A DNA stretch of 64,000 nucleotides from Planktothrix sp. GU0601_MAG3 (GCA_035193785.1 CP136572.1:704001-768000), one strand, 5' to 3'. Shown: positions 12,030-25,310, numbered from the stretch's first letter. Notes: generated from the sequence alone by a model not told the origin. A program made the numbers and translations.

Positions 12030-12716
12030 TTAAACTTCGGGTTCAATACCTGCTGCTCGTAATTGTGCAGCTAATTTTTCCGCTAATTCAAATCCCCATA
12101 ATAATAGGTTTTCGTTTTCATCCCACCACCGCAACCAATATCCGGTTCTGTTTTCTCGAGTTCCTTGCCAAACTCCTAAATATAAGTTCATTTCGGGGAT
12201 AAAATAACGGCTATTAGCATTAGGAGCTTGTAACTGATATTCTCCCTTTTCATTTAAACCGTAGACTTCTAAAATGCCTTGGTGGGGTTCAAAAATTACA
12301 TAATGCTTGACTTGCAAAATCGTTTGATAGAAAAACCATTTCCCCGGCGGATAGGTTGATTTAATCGAATATTCTCCGCCTTCGGTATCAGATAGAAATT
12401 CCACGACTAAAAGCGGAATATCTCCTTGTAATTGCGGAGTATAACTGCGTTGAATATCGGTTCTAGGAACCCGAATTTCTGGAATAAATGCCCAGTCTGG
12501 TGCTTTAATTACTATTTTGTCATTGACGGTGGCACAAATTCCATAATTTGTTGGGGTTAAACTATTAGGGGGAAGTTTTCCCGCATTTTGCAAACTATCT
12601 GTTAAGGCGGCAGCTAAGGCGGGTTGATTGATATTATCCACAGGATCATCCGGTAAAATAAAATTATCGGGAAGGGGTTCCCAGGTTATTTTTAAACTGG
12701 CGATTGAGCTTGCCAT
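12030..12716 (-). CDS. Uma2 family (PD-(D/E)XK) endonuclease
   Basis: LPDDPVDN, KAPDWAF, VVEFLSDTEGGE, WLRWWD. Confidence 0.85.
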   Translation of the reverse strand: MASSIASLKITWEPLPDNFILPDDPVDNINQPALAAALTDSLQNAGKLPPNSLTPTNYGICATVNDKIVIKAPDWAFIPEIRVPRTDIQRSYTPQLQGDIPLLVVEFLSDTEGGEYSIKSTYPPGKWFFYQTILQVKHYVIFEPHQGILEVYGLNEKGEYQLQAPNANSRYFIPEMNLYLGVWQGTRENRTGYWLRWWDENENLLLWGFELAEKLAAQLRAAGIEPEV

Positions 12717-12865
12717 TTTTCTTAAAAAATAAGCTATATACTAATTAATATTCTAATTATTCTTTTAATTAAAGTCAAGCCTTTAATGAGATTTCATAAC
12801 CTGATAATAAACCGGGTTGATGAATTACTCCGTGTAATTTAAACTAACCTAATAATCGGAAGTTT

Positions 12866-12910
12866 GTTGTTGAGCTTTAGCTCTCTCTGGAGGGGCTAAA
12901 GCCCAACAAC
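12866..12910. repeat. REP-like inverted repeat / terminator hairpin
   Basis: GTTGTTGAGCTTTAGC...GCTAAAGCCCAACAAC. Confidence 0.7.
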
Positions 12911-12946
12911 AATAACAACTAATGTTTAATTTGTCGTTGTGATATC

Positions 12947-15900
12947 TTAAATTGAGAGGTAAATTTGAGAACCTTGGCTAGTTTTATGAACTTCAATTCT
13001 GGCTTGAAAAGCTTCTTTTAAACTGGGAATATGGGTAACAGTTAAAATACAAGCAAAGTCAGAGGATATCGCATTAATAGCCGCAATTAAGCGATCGCAA
13101 CCTTCAGCGTCTTGGGTTCCAAATCCCTCATCAATAATTAACATTTGTAGAGAAGTTCCCGCTCGTTGTGCTAATAGTTTTGCTAGGGCTAACCGAATCG
13201 CAAAATTAATTCTAAAGGCTTCTCCCCCGGAATAGGTTTCATAGGAAACGAGTTCCCCGCGCATCTGCTATTAAAATTTCTAAGGTTTCAATCATTTTAG
13301 CGGTATTTTTTGAGGATTTCCCCCCCCGTCCGCTAGTGCGTTGGGTAACAAATTGTACATGGAGTTGATTTGAAGATAATCGAGATAAAATTTGATTGGT
13401 TTCTGCTTCTAATTGGGGTAAAACATTTTCAATCATTAAGGCTTGAATCCCATTTTTACCAAAGGCTTTTCCTAATTCATCATAAACTCGATATTGGCGG
13501 CGGGTGGTGTCTAATTGGGTTTTAAGTTCGATTTGTTGAGTGTTTAAATTGTCTAATTGAGTTTGTTGTTGTTGTAAACTTCCCAATTGTCCTAAATGAC
13601 TATCTAATTTTAGCTGTTGTTGTTGAATTAACTTATCTAATTGTTTTAGGGATTCCGTGGGGTCGGGAGTTTCTTTTAATTGTTGTTGTAATAGTTCAAT
13701 TTGTCCTTGAATGGCTTGTAAATTTTTAGCCCGTTCTTGGGTGATGATTTCTAATTCTTGAAGGCGTTGTTGTAGGATGGGATATTGTTGTTTGGCTTGG
13801 TTTAATTGTTCGGTTCTAGTTAACCAAATTTGAGCTTGACGTAACTCCGCCCGGATGCGATTATGTTCCTCCACATTATAACCCATTTGGCTGATTTTCT
13901 GTTCTAAGGTAATAATTTCTTGTTGTATTTCAGAGTTGTTTTTTTCTTCGGTTAAGGTTTGGGTTAGGGTTTGAATTTTGGTTTCTAATTCTGGTTTTTG
14001 AGTCTGGATTTTCGTTAATTTATCCTGAGCATCTCGAATTTGACTATATTTAATTTCCGCCCAACGCCAGCGTTTTTCGTCGTTTCTGGCTAAAGCATGG
14101 CTTTGTTCATTATAATTAAGTTGGCTTAATTTCTGCTCTAAATCCTGTAATTCTGCATATAAATCCGTTGCATAGTCGCCCGTCTCTAAAATAGTTTTAA
14201 CGGCATTTTCTTCTCCAATTAATTGTTGTAATTGTTGTTCATCTTGATCTAATCCTTCTAACTGAGCTTGAATTTTTCCCCGTTGTTCTCGCAATTCTTC
14301 ATAGGGTAATAAATCCTCTTGAATTTGTCGATATTCTTCTTGTAATATTTTAAGTTCTCGATCCGCAACTACTAACTGTTCATGGATTACCCAAATTTGA
14401 TTTCTGAATTCCTGTTGTTGGTTTTGCTGTTTAGAAATCACCAAATTCCAGTGATGTTCGTCTAGGGGGCGATCGCACAGGGGACAGGGGGGAAATTCCG
14501 ATCGCAATAACGGTAATTCTTCGGTTTCGGATGCTTCAGATTCCGATTTTGATAACAGTTTAATTTTCTGATCCAGTTCGACTAATTTATCTTCATAATC
14601 CCGTTTAACGGTATTCAAACGGTCAATAAAACCATGACGTTTCCTGTCCTTTTTCCCTGACTCTGAGTTGATAAACTTTCTTCTTATCTAGTTCAATAAT
14701 TTGACTCGCAATAGTTTGGGATTGTTTTTCTAATTGGGGGCGATGCTGGTTGAGAGTCCGTTGCAATTTTCCCACGGAGGTTTTTAATTCATCTAACCGT
14801 GCTTGTTGGCGAGATTGAGCCCGATCTAATTCCGTTTGTAGCCGTTGACGCTGTTGTAAAATTGGAGTAACTTCTAATTGTAATTGATCGAACTGAGTTA
14901 AACGATTTCTAGCGGTTTGTAACTGTTCTAATCCCGTCTCAATATCGGATTTTTGGCTTAAAATTTGGGAGTAATCCTGTTCCTGTTGGGTTAGGGCTTC
15001 TAAACGGGCTTGTAGCCCTTGAATTTGCTGTTGTAGGGTGTTTAGATGTTGGCGTTGTTGTTCTTGTAATTGTTGGCGTTGTTGTTGGGAATCTTGATAA
15101 ATTTTGAATTGAGCCGATAGGGTTTCTTCTGTAGTTTGTAGGGTTTGAAAATGGGTATATCCAGTTTGAATTTCTGTTTCCTGTTTTAATACTGCTTCTA
15201 ATTCTTGATATTGCTGTTGAGTAGTAACTAATTCCTGTTGTAACCTGCGATAATCTTGAGCAAAGCTTTGATGCTGTTCCTGTTGTCCGGTTAATAACTT
15301 TTCCCAAGCTTGACGATGATGTTGTTGGGCTTGTAGCTGTTGATAGTGATCTCGGTCTTGGGCTTGTTTTTCCTGAAGCTGATCAATCGTATTTCTTAGT
15401 TGAATCATCTCCTGTTCCAGTTGACCTTTTTGGTCGATTTGGACTTGATTACTGGTTAAGGTTTGTTCTAGGATTTCGGCTTGGGATTTATAACTTTTGG
15501 CTAAGTCTTTGGCTTGATCCGATAAGCCATCATATTGATCTAATTTTAATAAATTTGCCAGAATTTCTTTCCGTTCGGCGGGACGTTTGATCATGAATTC
15601 ATCCGCTTTTCCCTGGCGCAAATAGGCGGAATTAGTAAAGGTATCATAATCTAGTTTTAAGTAGTCGATTATTTTCTGCTGGGTAGCGACTATTCCCTTT
15701 TCTGTGAGGGTGCGAAACTTGATTTGATCTAAATCTTCAATTTCTTGTAAAACGGTGGTTGCTACTTGAAATTCGAGGGCTCCCGATTGACCGCGGCGAC
15801 GGTTACGAATTACCCGATATAGGTTTCCCTGACTAATAAATATGAAATCAACCTGGGTTTCTAATTCCCCCATATAGATAATATCATCCTTCGATTCCGC

Positions 15901-16060
15901 CCGACTTTCCCCCCAAATTGCCCAAGCCATTGCTTCTAATAAAGATGACTTTCCTGACCCGTTGGAAACCGCAAATACAGGCGGTATGTAATCCACTAAA
16001 ATCTAGGGTCGCTTCTCGATAACTGAGGAAATTTTTTAGGGTCAGTTTTTGGGGAATCAT
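12947..16060 (-). CDS. sbcC: SbcC (Rad50-like SMC ATPase); extra bases at ~15966, ~14640, ~13246
   Basis: MIPQKLTLKNFLSY, Walker A GSNGSGKS, CPLC zinc hook, YSGGE signature, IIDEGFG Walker B. Confidence 0.95.
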
Positions 16061-16240
16061 AGGTTTTCAGAACGGGAAACAGGAGATTTTTTAGAGGTTG
16101 CTGTATTGATCAATATTATTTTAACCTAATTTGTGTGATTGGGACTAAAACCAAAATAGGATTAACAAGATTCTAGCAAGACTCGCAAAACTCAAAATCC
16201 AGAAATACGGTTAGAATTAGATTTTCAGGACGATTAATTT

Positions 16241-16822
16241 ATGACATTAAACAAAGCTCATCCCTATCTTTCACCGGAAGAATACTTAGAAGTCGAAAAG
16301 AATAGCCCGATTAAACATGAATATATCCAAGGACAAATTTATGCAATGGCTGGGGCGAGTGATGCTCACGTCACCATTACCGCCAACTTACTGGCTATGC
16401 TAAGAAATCATATTCGTGGAACCGGTTGTCGTGTTTATGTTGCAGATATGAAAGCCAGAATTGAAACTTTAAATATTTTCTACTATCCAGATATCATGGT
16501 AACTTGCGACTCCCGCGATGCCAATTTTGAATATTTTAAATGCTATCCTTGTTTAATTATTGAAGTGCTTTCATCCTCAACTGAAGCCTTTGATAGAGGG
16601 GATAAATTTATCGATTATCAAGAACTAGAAACCTTACAAGAATATGTTTTAATTAGTCAAAACCGCCAGCGTGTTGATTGTTTTCGACGGAATGCAGAAG
16701 GGAGATGGGAACTTTATAGTTATCGAGGAAATCAAGAACTAGAGTTAACCAGTGTTAATTTCTCTTGTTCTCTGACTGCTGTTTATGAAGATATTTCCCT
16801 ATTCCCAATTCGTAATTCGTAA
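16241..16822 (+). CDS. Uma2 family endonuclease
   Basis: SPEEYLE...KHEYIQGQIYAMAG, YYPDIMVTC, IEVLSSSTEAFDRGDK. Confidence 0.92.
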   Translation: MTLNKAHPYLSPEEYLEVEKNSPIKHEYIQGQIYAMAGASDAHVTITANLLAMLRNHIRGTGCRVYVADMKARIETLNIFYYPDIMVTCDSRDANFEYFKCYPCLIIEVLSSSTEAFDRGDKFIDYQELETLQEYVLISQNRQRVDCFRRNAEGRWELYSYRGNQELELTSVNFSCSLTAVYEDISLFPIRNS

Positions 16823-16855
16823 GTTGATTAGGAGATCGGGTTTTGTTGTTCATAA

Positions 16856-17981
16856 TTAATTCCGAATATTTTGAGCCATTAAATACATGGTCGTCCATTC
16901 CTGTTGAATTTGGGTGATTTTTAGGTCGAGGGTTTTAGCAATAGTTTCTAAGGTTTCTCCGGCTTTTAAGTGTTCAATAATTTGACGTTGGTTATCGTTT
17001 AAACTTTGCCAAAATTGTTCCCATTGTTCAGAATTTAATCCTAAACGATGTTCTGATAAGGAGGTTCCTAACCAACTGGTAACTAATTCGGGATTCTGTT
17101 TTAGGGTAAAGTTTTTAATCGCATGATAACTAACTTTTTCTCGTAGTCGATAGATTTGTTTAATGGGTAAATTCAACTTTTGAGCGATCGCTTCTTGGGA
17201 TAATCCTTGTAAATACAGTCGCAACCATTCCGCCGCCGTTGAATCCACATTTTTAATTAAATAGTCTTCAAATTCTGCTTGTACTTTTAATCTTTGGTTT
17301 TGTTGGGTTTGAAAATATTGTTCATCTTCGTATTGAGAAATGGCTTGATTATCTAATAAACTAATGGTGTCTTCGGTTCCCTCCGAGAGAATTTCATCGG
17401 ATAATTGTTTAATCCATTCTCCGGCGGGAACTTGGGTTAATCCTCCCCGTTGAGAACGACGTAAATAGTTGACAAATCTATAGACTAATAGGGGTTGATT
17501 CCGAATTGGACGCAGACAATATTCTTCTAATGTTGTGAATAGTAAAGCATTACTTAATTGGCGATCACTTGTACATTGGGAAATCCATTGGATTTGTTGT
17601 TGTAAATAGCGATCGCTATTCAACATTTCCTGTATAACTTCTTGTAAAACATCCACCACTTGGCGCTGGCGATCGCGACTGGTTGCTACCCAAAGACGAA
17701 CTTTTTGGCGTAGAATCATTAAACTCCCTAATCGCTGCATTAAATTTCGATAGGCTCTTTCGGGAGGCGTATCTAAATAGCGCTGTTGCAAAATTCGATA
17801 GCGAAAGTTTAACCCTAATTTAATTCGTTTCCTGTTGGTTGGTGGGAAGGGAATCTAAGTTGCTAAAATGTTCTCCCAGTAACCAATTAATGATACTTTC
17901 TCGTTTGTCTTGACTAGAGTTAGGGTAGTCGTTTTCCAGTTGGAAACGCCACTGATTTGTCCAAGATTCTGCTAGGGTCAT
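16856..17981 (-). CDS. HetZ-related putative DNA-binding protein; extra base at ~17828
   Basis: RESIINWLLGE, QRYL...AYRNLMQRLGSL, LRLYLQGLSQEAIAQKLNLPIKQIYRLREK HTH-like segment. Confidence 0.75.
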
Positions 17982-18032
17982 TTAGGGTTTTAAGGGGTCA
18001 GAAAATTGTGAATTGTCAAGGGTTTGACTATT

Positions 18033-20197
18033 TTATCCTAAATTCGGTGAACTATCTGGAAGTTCATTTGATTTGAGAGGATAGCTGTCTTGAAGTTTAT
18101 TATGAATCACTTCGACTAAATGCTGAGTTGCTAAATTTTTAAATTGTTTTTTTTCGGGAATCATTTGCTCAATAATAGGGAGGTTTTTTTCTCCTTTTCT
18201 GCCTAACAAGAAATAAGTATTCATCGCGCCTTTACCTTTGACTGAAATCATCCCTCGTTTGAATATAACATATTGATCGGGTAAAAGATGGAAGGTATGT
18301 TCACTGATTTGAATCCGTCCTGCTAACCCGTGGGATTCCATTCGTGAGGCAATATTGACCGTATCTCCCCACAAATCATAGAGGAATTTTTTAATCCCAA
18401 TCACTCCGGCGACGACGGGCCCACTGTGGATTCCAATTCGTAAACTTAACACTTGACTATGAGTTTCATTAAACTCAAGAATTGCCTTTTGCATATCTAA
18501 AGCCATTTCTGCGATCGCGATCGCATGATCGGAACAGGGATCGGGTAATCCTCCCACCACCATATAAGCATCGCCAATAGTTTTAATTTTTTCTAAGCCA
18601 TATTTTTCCGTTAATCGATCAAAAGCCGAGAATAATTCATTGAGTAAATTAACTAAAGCAATCGGACTTAAGCTGGATGAAATCTGCGTAAATCCGACAA
18701 TATCGGCAAATAAAACCGTGACTTCAGAAAAATGTTCGGCTATGGTTTTTTGTTCTTTTTTTAGACGTTCTGCAATCGCTTCTGGGAGAATATTTAAAAG
18801 TAACCGTTTCCGTTTGTTGCTGTTGATATTTTAGGGCAGTTTCGGCTAATTTTCGCTTCATAAATTGACCTAACTGACTACCAATGGTGGTCATGGTTTG
18901 CATCAATTCAGTATCGGTAAAACAGATTTCTGCACCCCAAAAAGTGATTATCCCTAAGACTTCTTTACCATCCTTAATAGGAAACCCAAAACCAGCGTGT
19001 AATCCCAATATTTCGGCAATATCTTTTTGGGTAAGTTGATCATTAACCATCACATCTTCGATCCAATGGGCAAAACCACTTTGCCAAATTTTACCAGGTA
19101 AACTGATATTAGAATCTGGGTTAATTTTTTGATAAAGTCCCTGAATTTCAGAGGGATCAGAATCGGAGTTAATCCAGAGTTTAATACACTCTAGCTTGGG
19201 GTTAGTATAATTTACTATAAAAGCATTGGTTTGAGTGAGTTTTTCTCCCAAGACTAAGGGTGCTTCTAAGAAATTTTCTAACATCCAAACTTCCCCTAAA
19301 ACCCATCCCCAACTTTCACAAGTCGATTGTAAAATTTGCAATAAAGCTTCATGGATATTCGGAGCTTCAGACAGAATCCGAGAAATTTGATATTGAGTAA
19401 ACATCCGTTGTTGAGCGCGTTTTCTGGCGGTAATATCCCGACCCACATAAATAAAGTCTAGGGAATCATCTGTATCAGTTGTTAGGGTCGATATCGAAAA
19501 TTCTAGGATGATTTTTTCGCCATTTTTCTTATGACAGGTTAACTCCAAATTTTTAAATAAAAAGTCTTGTTTTTTCAGGGAAGACTCTTTTAAATATTTC
19601 TGCAAAAGAGTATCATCTTCCACAAAGGAGGAAAGGGGGTGATTAATTAAGTTCGATTGACTATATTCTAATAGGGATAAAGTTGCGAGATTGATTTTTT
19701 GAATAATCCCCTGTTGATTAGTAACAATTAAGATATCCTCCATTGAGGTAATAATTCGATCAATATATTGTTGGGAATGGGAATAGGCATTTAAAAGTAA
19801 ACGGGATTCATTAGTTTCTTGAAACTAAAGCTTGCTCTAGTTCCATTCGTTGTGTCACATCCTCAAAAAGTAACATTAATTTGGGTATCTGCCCTCCTTG
19901 AATTGAAACACCTAGAAAGTAAATATTAAAATAAATTAATGTCGTTTCCTCGATTTGCCGACTCATGGCATTTAATTCAAAGTAATCTTGGTGTCCTTGA
20001 ATAATGGCATCAATAATATCCTCTGTCCCAATCAATTCAGGAAAGTAATATTGTACATCTTCTCCTTGATTCAAACTTTCTGAACCTTCGGTAAATCGCA
20101 TCACTCCTTGAGAAAAATCTTGGATCTTTAATTCTGGATTTATCACCAGATAGTCCATTTTCCGCGCCATTAAAAATTGTTTAAATAAATTGTTCAT
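18033..20197 (-). CDS. PAS/GAF class III adenylate cyclase; extra bases at ~19822 and ~18807
   Basis: VTVLFADIVGFT, LEKIKTIGDAYMVVGG, RIGIHSG, YDLWGDTVNIASRMES (K/D residues typical of ATP specificity). Confidence 0.92.
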
Positions 20198-20287
20198 AGT
20201 CCCTGAATTTATGATGGAGAATTTTTTCGTAAGTTTTTTATAATAAAAAACTTATTGATAACTAGATGCAATTCAAACAAGAAAACC

Positions 20288-22166
20288 CTATTGAGATGAA
20301 ATAAAAATGCAATTTCGACCGTTTTGTTTAGCTTTATACAAAGCTTGGTCAGCATTAAAAATGAGAGTTTTAGGAGTAAGATCTTCCATGGGAATCAGAC
20401 TTTCTACCCCAATACTAATGGTCACATAACGACTCACTGCTGACTTGATATGCTCCACTTGTAAGGCTTCAATGGCTTGGCGAACCTTTTCAGCCAGGTG
20501 GATACTTCCATCGATATCCGTATTGGGTAAAATGATAGCAAATTCTTCACCCCCATAACGAGCGACTAAATCCGTATTCCGTTGAATCGCATTCTGTAAA
20601 ACTTGAGCGACTTGTTGTAGGCAAAAATCCCCAGCTAAATGTCCATAGTTATCATTATATTGTTTAAAATAATCAATATCTAGTAATAACAGGGATAGGG
20701 GTATTTTTTCTCGTTTACAGCGATTCCATTCATACTCAAGTACCCGATCAAACTGACGACGATTTGCCAGTTTTGTCAACCCATCTTCAATAACCAACTG
20801 TTTCCAATTCTTGATTGACAATTTGTAATTGTTGATAAAGTTCAGCCTGTTGTAGAGCAATGGCGATTTGTAGGGCTAATTCTTCTAATAGGTTTGTTTC
20901 CCAGACTTCCCATGGGCGGGGTTGCTGGCATTGATGGGCAATTAATAATCCCCAGAGTTGATTACTGGTATTAGACTGTTGTGAAACAGAAGAATCATAA
21001 ATTATAATCGGAACTATTAAACTAGATTTTACTTTTAATTGTCTTAAATAATCTCGATATTGAAAATTAACTGAAACCCTGTCTACATCATCAATAGTAT
21101 CAATTTTGCCCGTTTGAAAATAGGACAATAATAAAGAATTAAGATCGGGACTAAAAATAATGCTATCAATAGAATTAATCAAAGAGTTTGTTACGGCTTC
21201 AGCAATTACTTTTCCTGCTTCTAAAGAGTAGAATCGATATATGAAAACTCGATCTACTTTTAAAAAAGTTAGAACTTCATTCACGGTGGTTTCTAAAGTT
21301 TCCTGCAAACTTAAAGACTGGTGAATATTTTGTGTAATTCTTTTTAAGACACGATCGTGTTCAGCCTGTTGATGCAACTGAAATTCCACTCGTTTTTGTT
21401 CAGTCATATCCTGACCTATCCAAACAAATTCCGGGGAATCATTGAAATCAAAATTTAGGGCTCCACAGGAAAAGGAGGCAGGAAAATTGGTTCCTATTTT
21501 GGTCTGACAGATAACTTCAATGGGCATTAATAGCTCAGAAGATAATAAAAATTGATTGACTTGGGGATAATTTTTAAGTTGATTATCTTTAAAAATAGTT
21601 AAAATAGATTGCTGGATTAATTCTGCTTCTGAATATTTTAATAAAACCGATGTGGCTTGATTGATAATTTTAATCATTCCTTGGTGATCCGTGACAATTA
21701 ATATATTTGTCATAGAATTAATAATTTTATCCAAATAGATTTTGGTTTTTTCTAAAGCACTTAAAGCTAACCCATATTCCTTGGCAACCTGAGTAATTTT
21801 TTGTTCCTTTAAAATCCATTCTGTTGTATCTTCAAACACAATTAATAATTCTTGGTTATAACAAGAATTATCAAAATTTTTCAAAACATAAATATCAAAA
21901 TAAATTGTATGTTCCTGAGTGATTGCCCTAGAAATTCCTTTGATTTCAAACTTATCAATTTGACCCAATAAAATTTTATTAAAGGTTTCTTCTAATCCAA
22001 TAAACTCAGGAAAAGCCATACAGACATCTTCTCCTAAGTGCAACTGTTCTGGGGAATCTGCAAACCGGGCGACCCCCCAGGAGGACTCTAAAATAACTAA
22101 CTCCGGATCAATAGTTAAATATTCAATTTTTTTGGGTGCTAAGACTTTTTTTAAAAGGTTATTCAT
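20288..22166 (-). CDS. PAS/GAF diguanylate cyclase; extra base at ~20801
   Basis: DGLTKLANRR, DIDYFKQYND, RNTD I-site, RYGGEEF; GAF motif LWGLLIAHQC. Confidence 0.92.
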
Positions 22167-22204
22167 AACTCATCCTAAAACACAAAAAAACCAGATCTAA
22201 TCCT

Positions 22205-22732
22205 CTAACTGGAGATAAATTTCTCAGATAATTCATAGAAAATTGTATCTACATGATCTCCAGTTTTGGCGGAGGTTTGATAGCTGGATAAAATTTGATC
22301 ATACTGCTTCACATTAGGGACTAATTTGATTAGATGTTCCAGTTCTGTTGAGTCGATCAAATCGATTTTATTCAATGCTATCACTATACATCCTTTGGGA
22401 TTGACCGAGAGAAATAAATCAATATGTTCCGGGAGTCTTTCTATGGTTTCCTGTCGGGTCACATCGGCCACAATCACCACACCACTCGCTCCTTGTAAAT
22501 AACTCGGTGCGATCGCTTTAAATTTAGTATGACCCTCAATATCCCAAATTAGCAATTGCACAGATCCAGTCGTTTTTGAAGTAGTTTCCGCCAAATCAAC
22601 AGTTTTACGAGAAATTTTCACCCCAACGGTAGACAGGTATTTATCACTAAACTGTCTATCCACAAACCTGCGGATCAAACTGGTCTTTCCGACTCCAAAA
22701 TCACCAACTAAGCAAATTTTTTTAGAAATCAT
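22205..22732 (-). CDS. Rab-like small GTPase
   Basis: G1 GDFGVGKT, G2 T, G3 WDIEG, G4 NKID, G5 TSAK; 175 aa single domain. Confidence 0.93.
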   Translation of the reverse strand: MISKKICLVGDFGVGKTSLIRRFVDRQFSDKYLSTVGVKISRKTVDLAETTSKTTGSVQLLIWDIEGHTKFKAIAPSYLQGASGVVIVADVTRQETIERLPEHIDLFLSVNPKGCIVIALNKIDLIDSTELEHLIKLVPNVKQYDQILSSYQTSAKTGDHVDTIFYELSEKFISS

Positions 22733-25310
22733 GGTTCTGCGGGTTTATTCTCTTTAGATTTTAAGGCTATTATCTCAAATAAAACCGTTTGACTCAACCA
22801 AGTTTCTTGATTTTCACCCACTCCCCCAGGAAGTTCGGTTTTACCAACTGTTTCTATTCGCCGCCGATCAATTCCTAAATCCTCTAAAATATTTTGAATC
22901 GTTTGGGCACGTTTCTAAGGCCAACTGAGGGTGTTTTCGAGATTTTTCCTGCTCATGACTATAACCAATAATCCGTAATTTTAGATCAGGATATCGCTTC
23001 AAATATTCAGCCAGTGGGACAAGTTTACCTCGAATATCTTTTAAGACTAATTCCGCCGAACCAAAATCAAAATAAATTCTAGTGGCAATCGGCAGAGGTT
23101 GTACCGTTAGATTAGCAATTACGGAATCTACCCCTTCAATTTTCTCAAAAGCTCGGGTAATTTTCTGAATATCTTCATATTTAATCACTTTTCCCTTCAA
23201 ATTCACTCGGGAATTTTGATAATTAGCAGAAATAGATATCCCACTAATTTGATTCATGATCATTGCCACTTGCTTAACTTCAGCAGCCACTTTAATTGGG
23301 TCTGGGGGAACTTTAACCGCAATAATTTGATTTTTTATTTGAAAATTTGGAGCGATTTGTTGGGCAATTTTTTCGACTTTATTTTTCAATCTAGCACTGG
23401 GAACTTTCCCTGCTAATTCTAATTTTTCCCCCTGAGCTTTGACCTTTAACGCATAAATTGACAACTCGGGTTCCGCGCCCAAAGCTGTTATTAATGTTGT
23501 TTCTACTTGACGTAAATGATGTTGTCGATATTCATAGATACCCGCAGGAATTAAAATCAAACTCAAGATCACAGAACCCAAAATTAACAAAGTGCTTGGA
23601 TTTTTCTTATTCTGTAAATTGTCTACCAATCTAATTAAGGCTTCAAGCTGACTAATAATTCCCTCGGGTACAGAATTAGGATCACCATTAAATTCTTCAA
23701 TCGGCTGACTATATTTCATAATTAAAGTGCTCATCGTTTGGCGAATTTTTTTAATAAATGCCTTGGGACAGTCCCCCTTTACCACCACTGCCAAATAACA
23801 ATATCCCGCCACTTCTAGGATAATTTTACAATCCCCATATTCAATTTCATTCAGTTCGGAAACTTCCCCCGTTTGACTAATACAATCATTGACAAAACTC
23901 CGAATTGCGGTTAACATTCCAGCTACCATTTCCGCTTCCATTTGAGCTTGATCCAGTTGTTTAATTTCAGCAATAATTAAACCCGAACCTTTATGGATTA
24001 AAAACACCGCTTGCACTACAAAGTGTCGGACTTCTCTTAAAATAAGTTCTGCTTCCGATACCCCTTGAATTTTGGATTGAACTTTCCGTTGCAACCCTTC
24101 TACACTAAACGCTTGACCGACCTTTTCATTAATTTCTTGAATAGCCTCTGCTAAATAGCGGCTAATGATGCTCCCAATTACCGGATACAGTGCATCTACC
24201 ATAGAATCTCGTTCTAAAGTCACCTGTTTCTTTAATACTGCGTCCAATCATCGGTGCTAAAGCTGCGGCAATTTCATTCCGATCAACTTTAATTTGTTCT
24301 CGAATGGCTGCCCCCATTTCTGGCCCCAAGGCTTGAGCAATTTCTTTAGGAGAATTTTTAATTTGCTGTTTAATGGCTTCGGGAATTAAATCAGCAATTG
24401 CCTCACTCATCGCCTGTCTATCCGTTTGACCTTTGCCTTTAATAACCTGATCAATAATCGGAATAAACGCTTGAATTAATTCATCTTTAGACTCAATTAC
24501 TTTTAATTTCAAAAGTTGACCAATGCTAGGAAGTAAGAGTTCAATTAACTGTTCAGGATCGTTAATTTGAAATTGAACTTGACTGAGTTTATTATTAATA
24601 TTTCGGACTAACTCTCGAACTTCTGGTAACTCAGAATCCAACAAATGGCTTTTGAAACTTTCTAAATCATTACCCAAATTACACCCAAACATTAGCTCTT
24701 GCAATTTTTCCAGGGGGTTATTAGAATTACAAACGGGATCACTCTCTGTTTCTTCTAAGGGTAAACGGGTACTGATATCCTCCGTACTATCCCGATTTTC
24801 AGAAGTTTCTAGTTTAGGTAAAGGATGGCTGGAAATCCGGGGTAAATCTTCTTCAGTATTACTAACTGAGTAGTCCACATCCATCGCCCCAGAGGGCGGT
24901 TTTTCTAGTAGAGGTAGAAGTCGCAAAATCAGATCATCTCCTGATTTTGCATTCCTCAAACATACGGGAATCGGCTGAATAGATTCTATTTTAGAGGGAA
25001 TCTCATCGGCTTTTACAGAATCAATGCTGGGTTGATTTTCTAAGGGTAAATCGGCAACAATATTAGACTGTGAATCTTCCAGGGATAAAGCAGTTAAATC
25101 ATTAGACTCGGAATTATCACCCGGTTGTTGATCTTCTGAGGTTAAAGCCAAGTCTGTCCCGGCTTTAACCTCATTAAAACCGTTTAAATCCATTAATAAA
25201 TCAATCAACAATTCCAGGGAGTCACTCTCAACCTGATCCGATGAATCTTTTTGAGATGAAATTCCCTGTTGTTGATTGTTTGGACTTAAATCACCCTGAG
25301 AAAAGGTCAT
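22729..25310 (-). CDS. Membrane protein: acidic N-terminus, helical region, longin/roadblock-like domain, TM, BON domains, OmpA-like C-terminus; extra bases at ~24227 and ~22912
   Basis: TM LLILGSVILSLILIPAGI; BON-like LELAGKVPS...IKNQI and VNLKGKV...IEGVDSV; OmpA-like IYFDFGSAEL...LRIIGYS...LALERAQTIQ; TGA overlaps the GTPase ATG. Confidence 0.85.
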
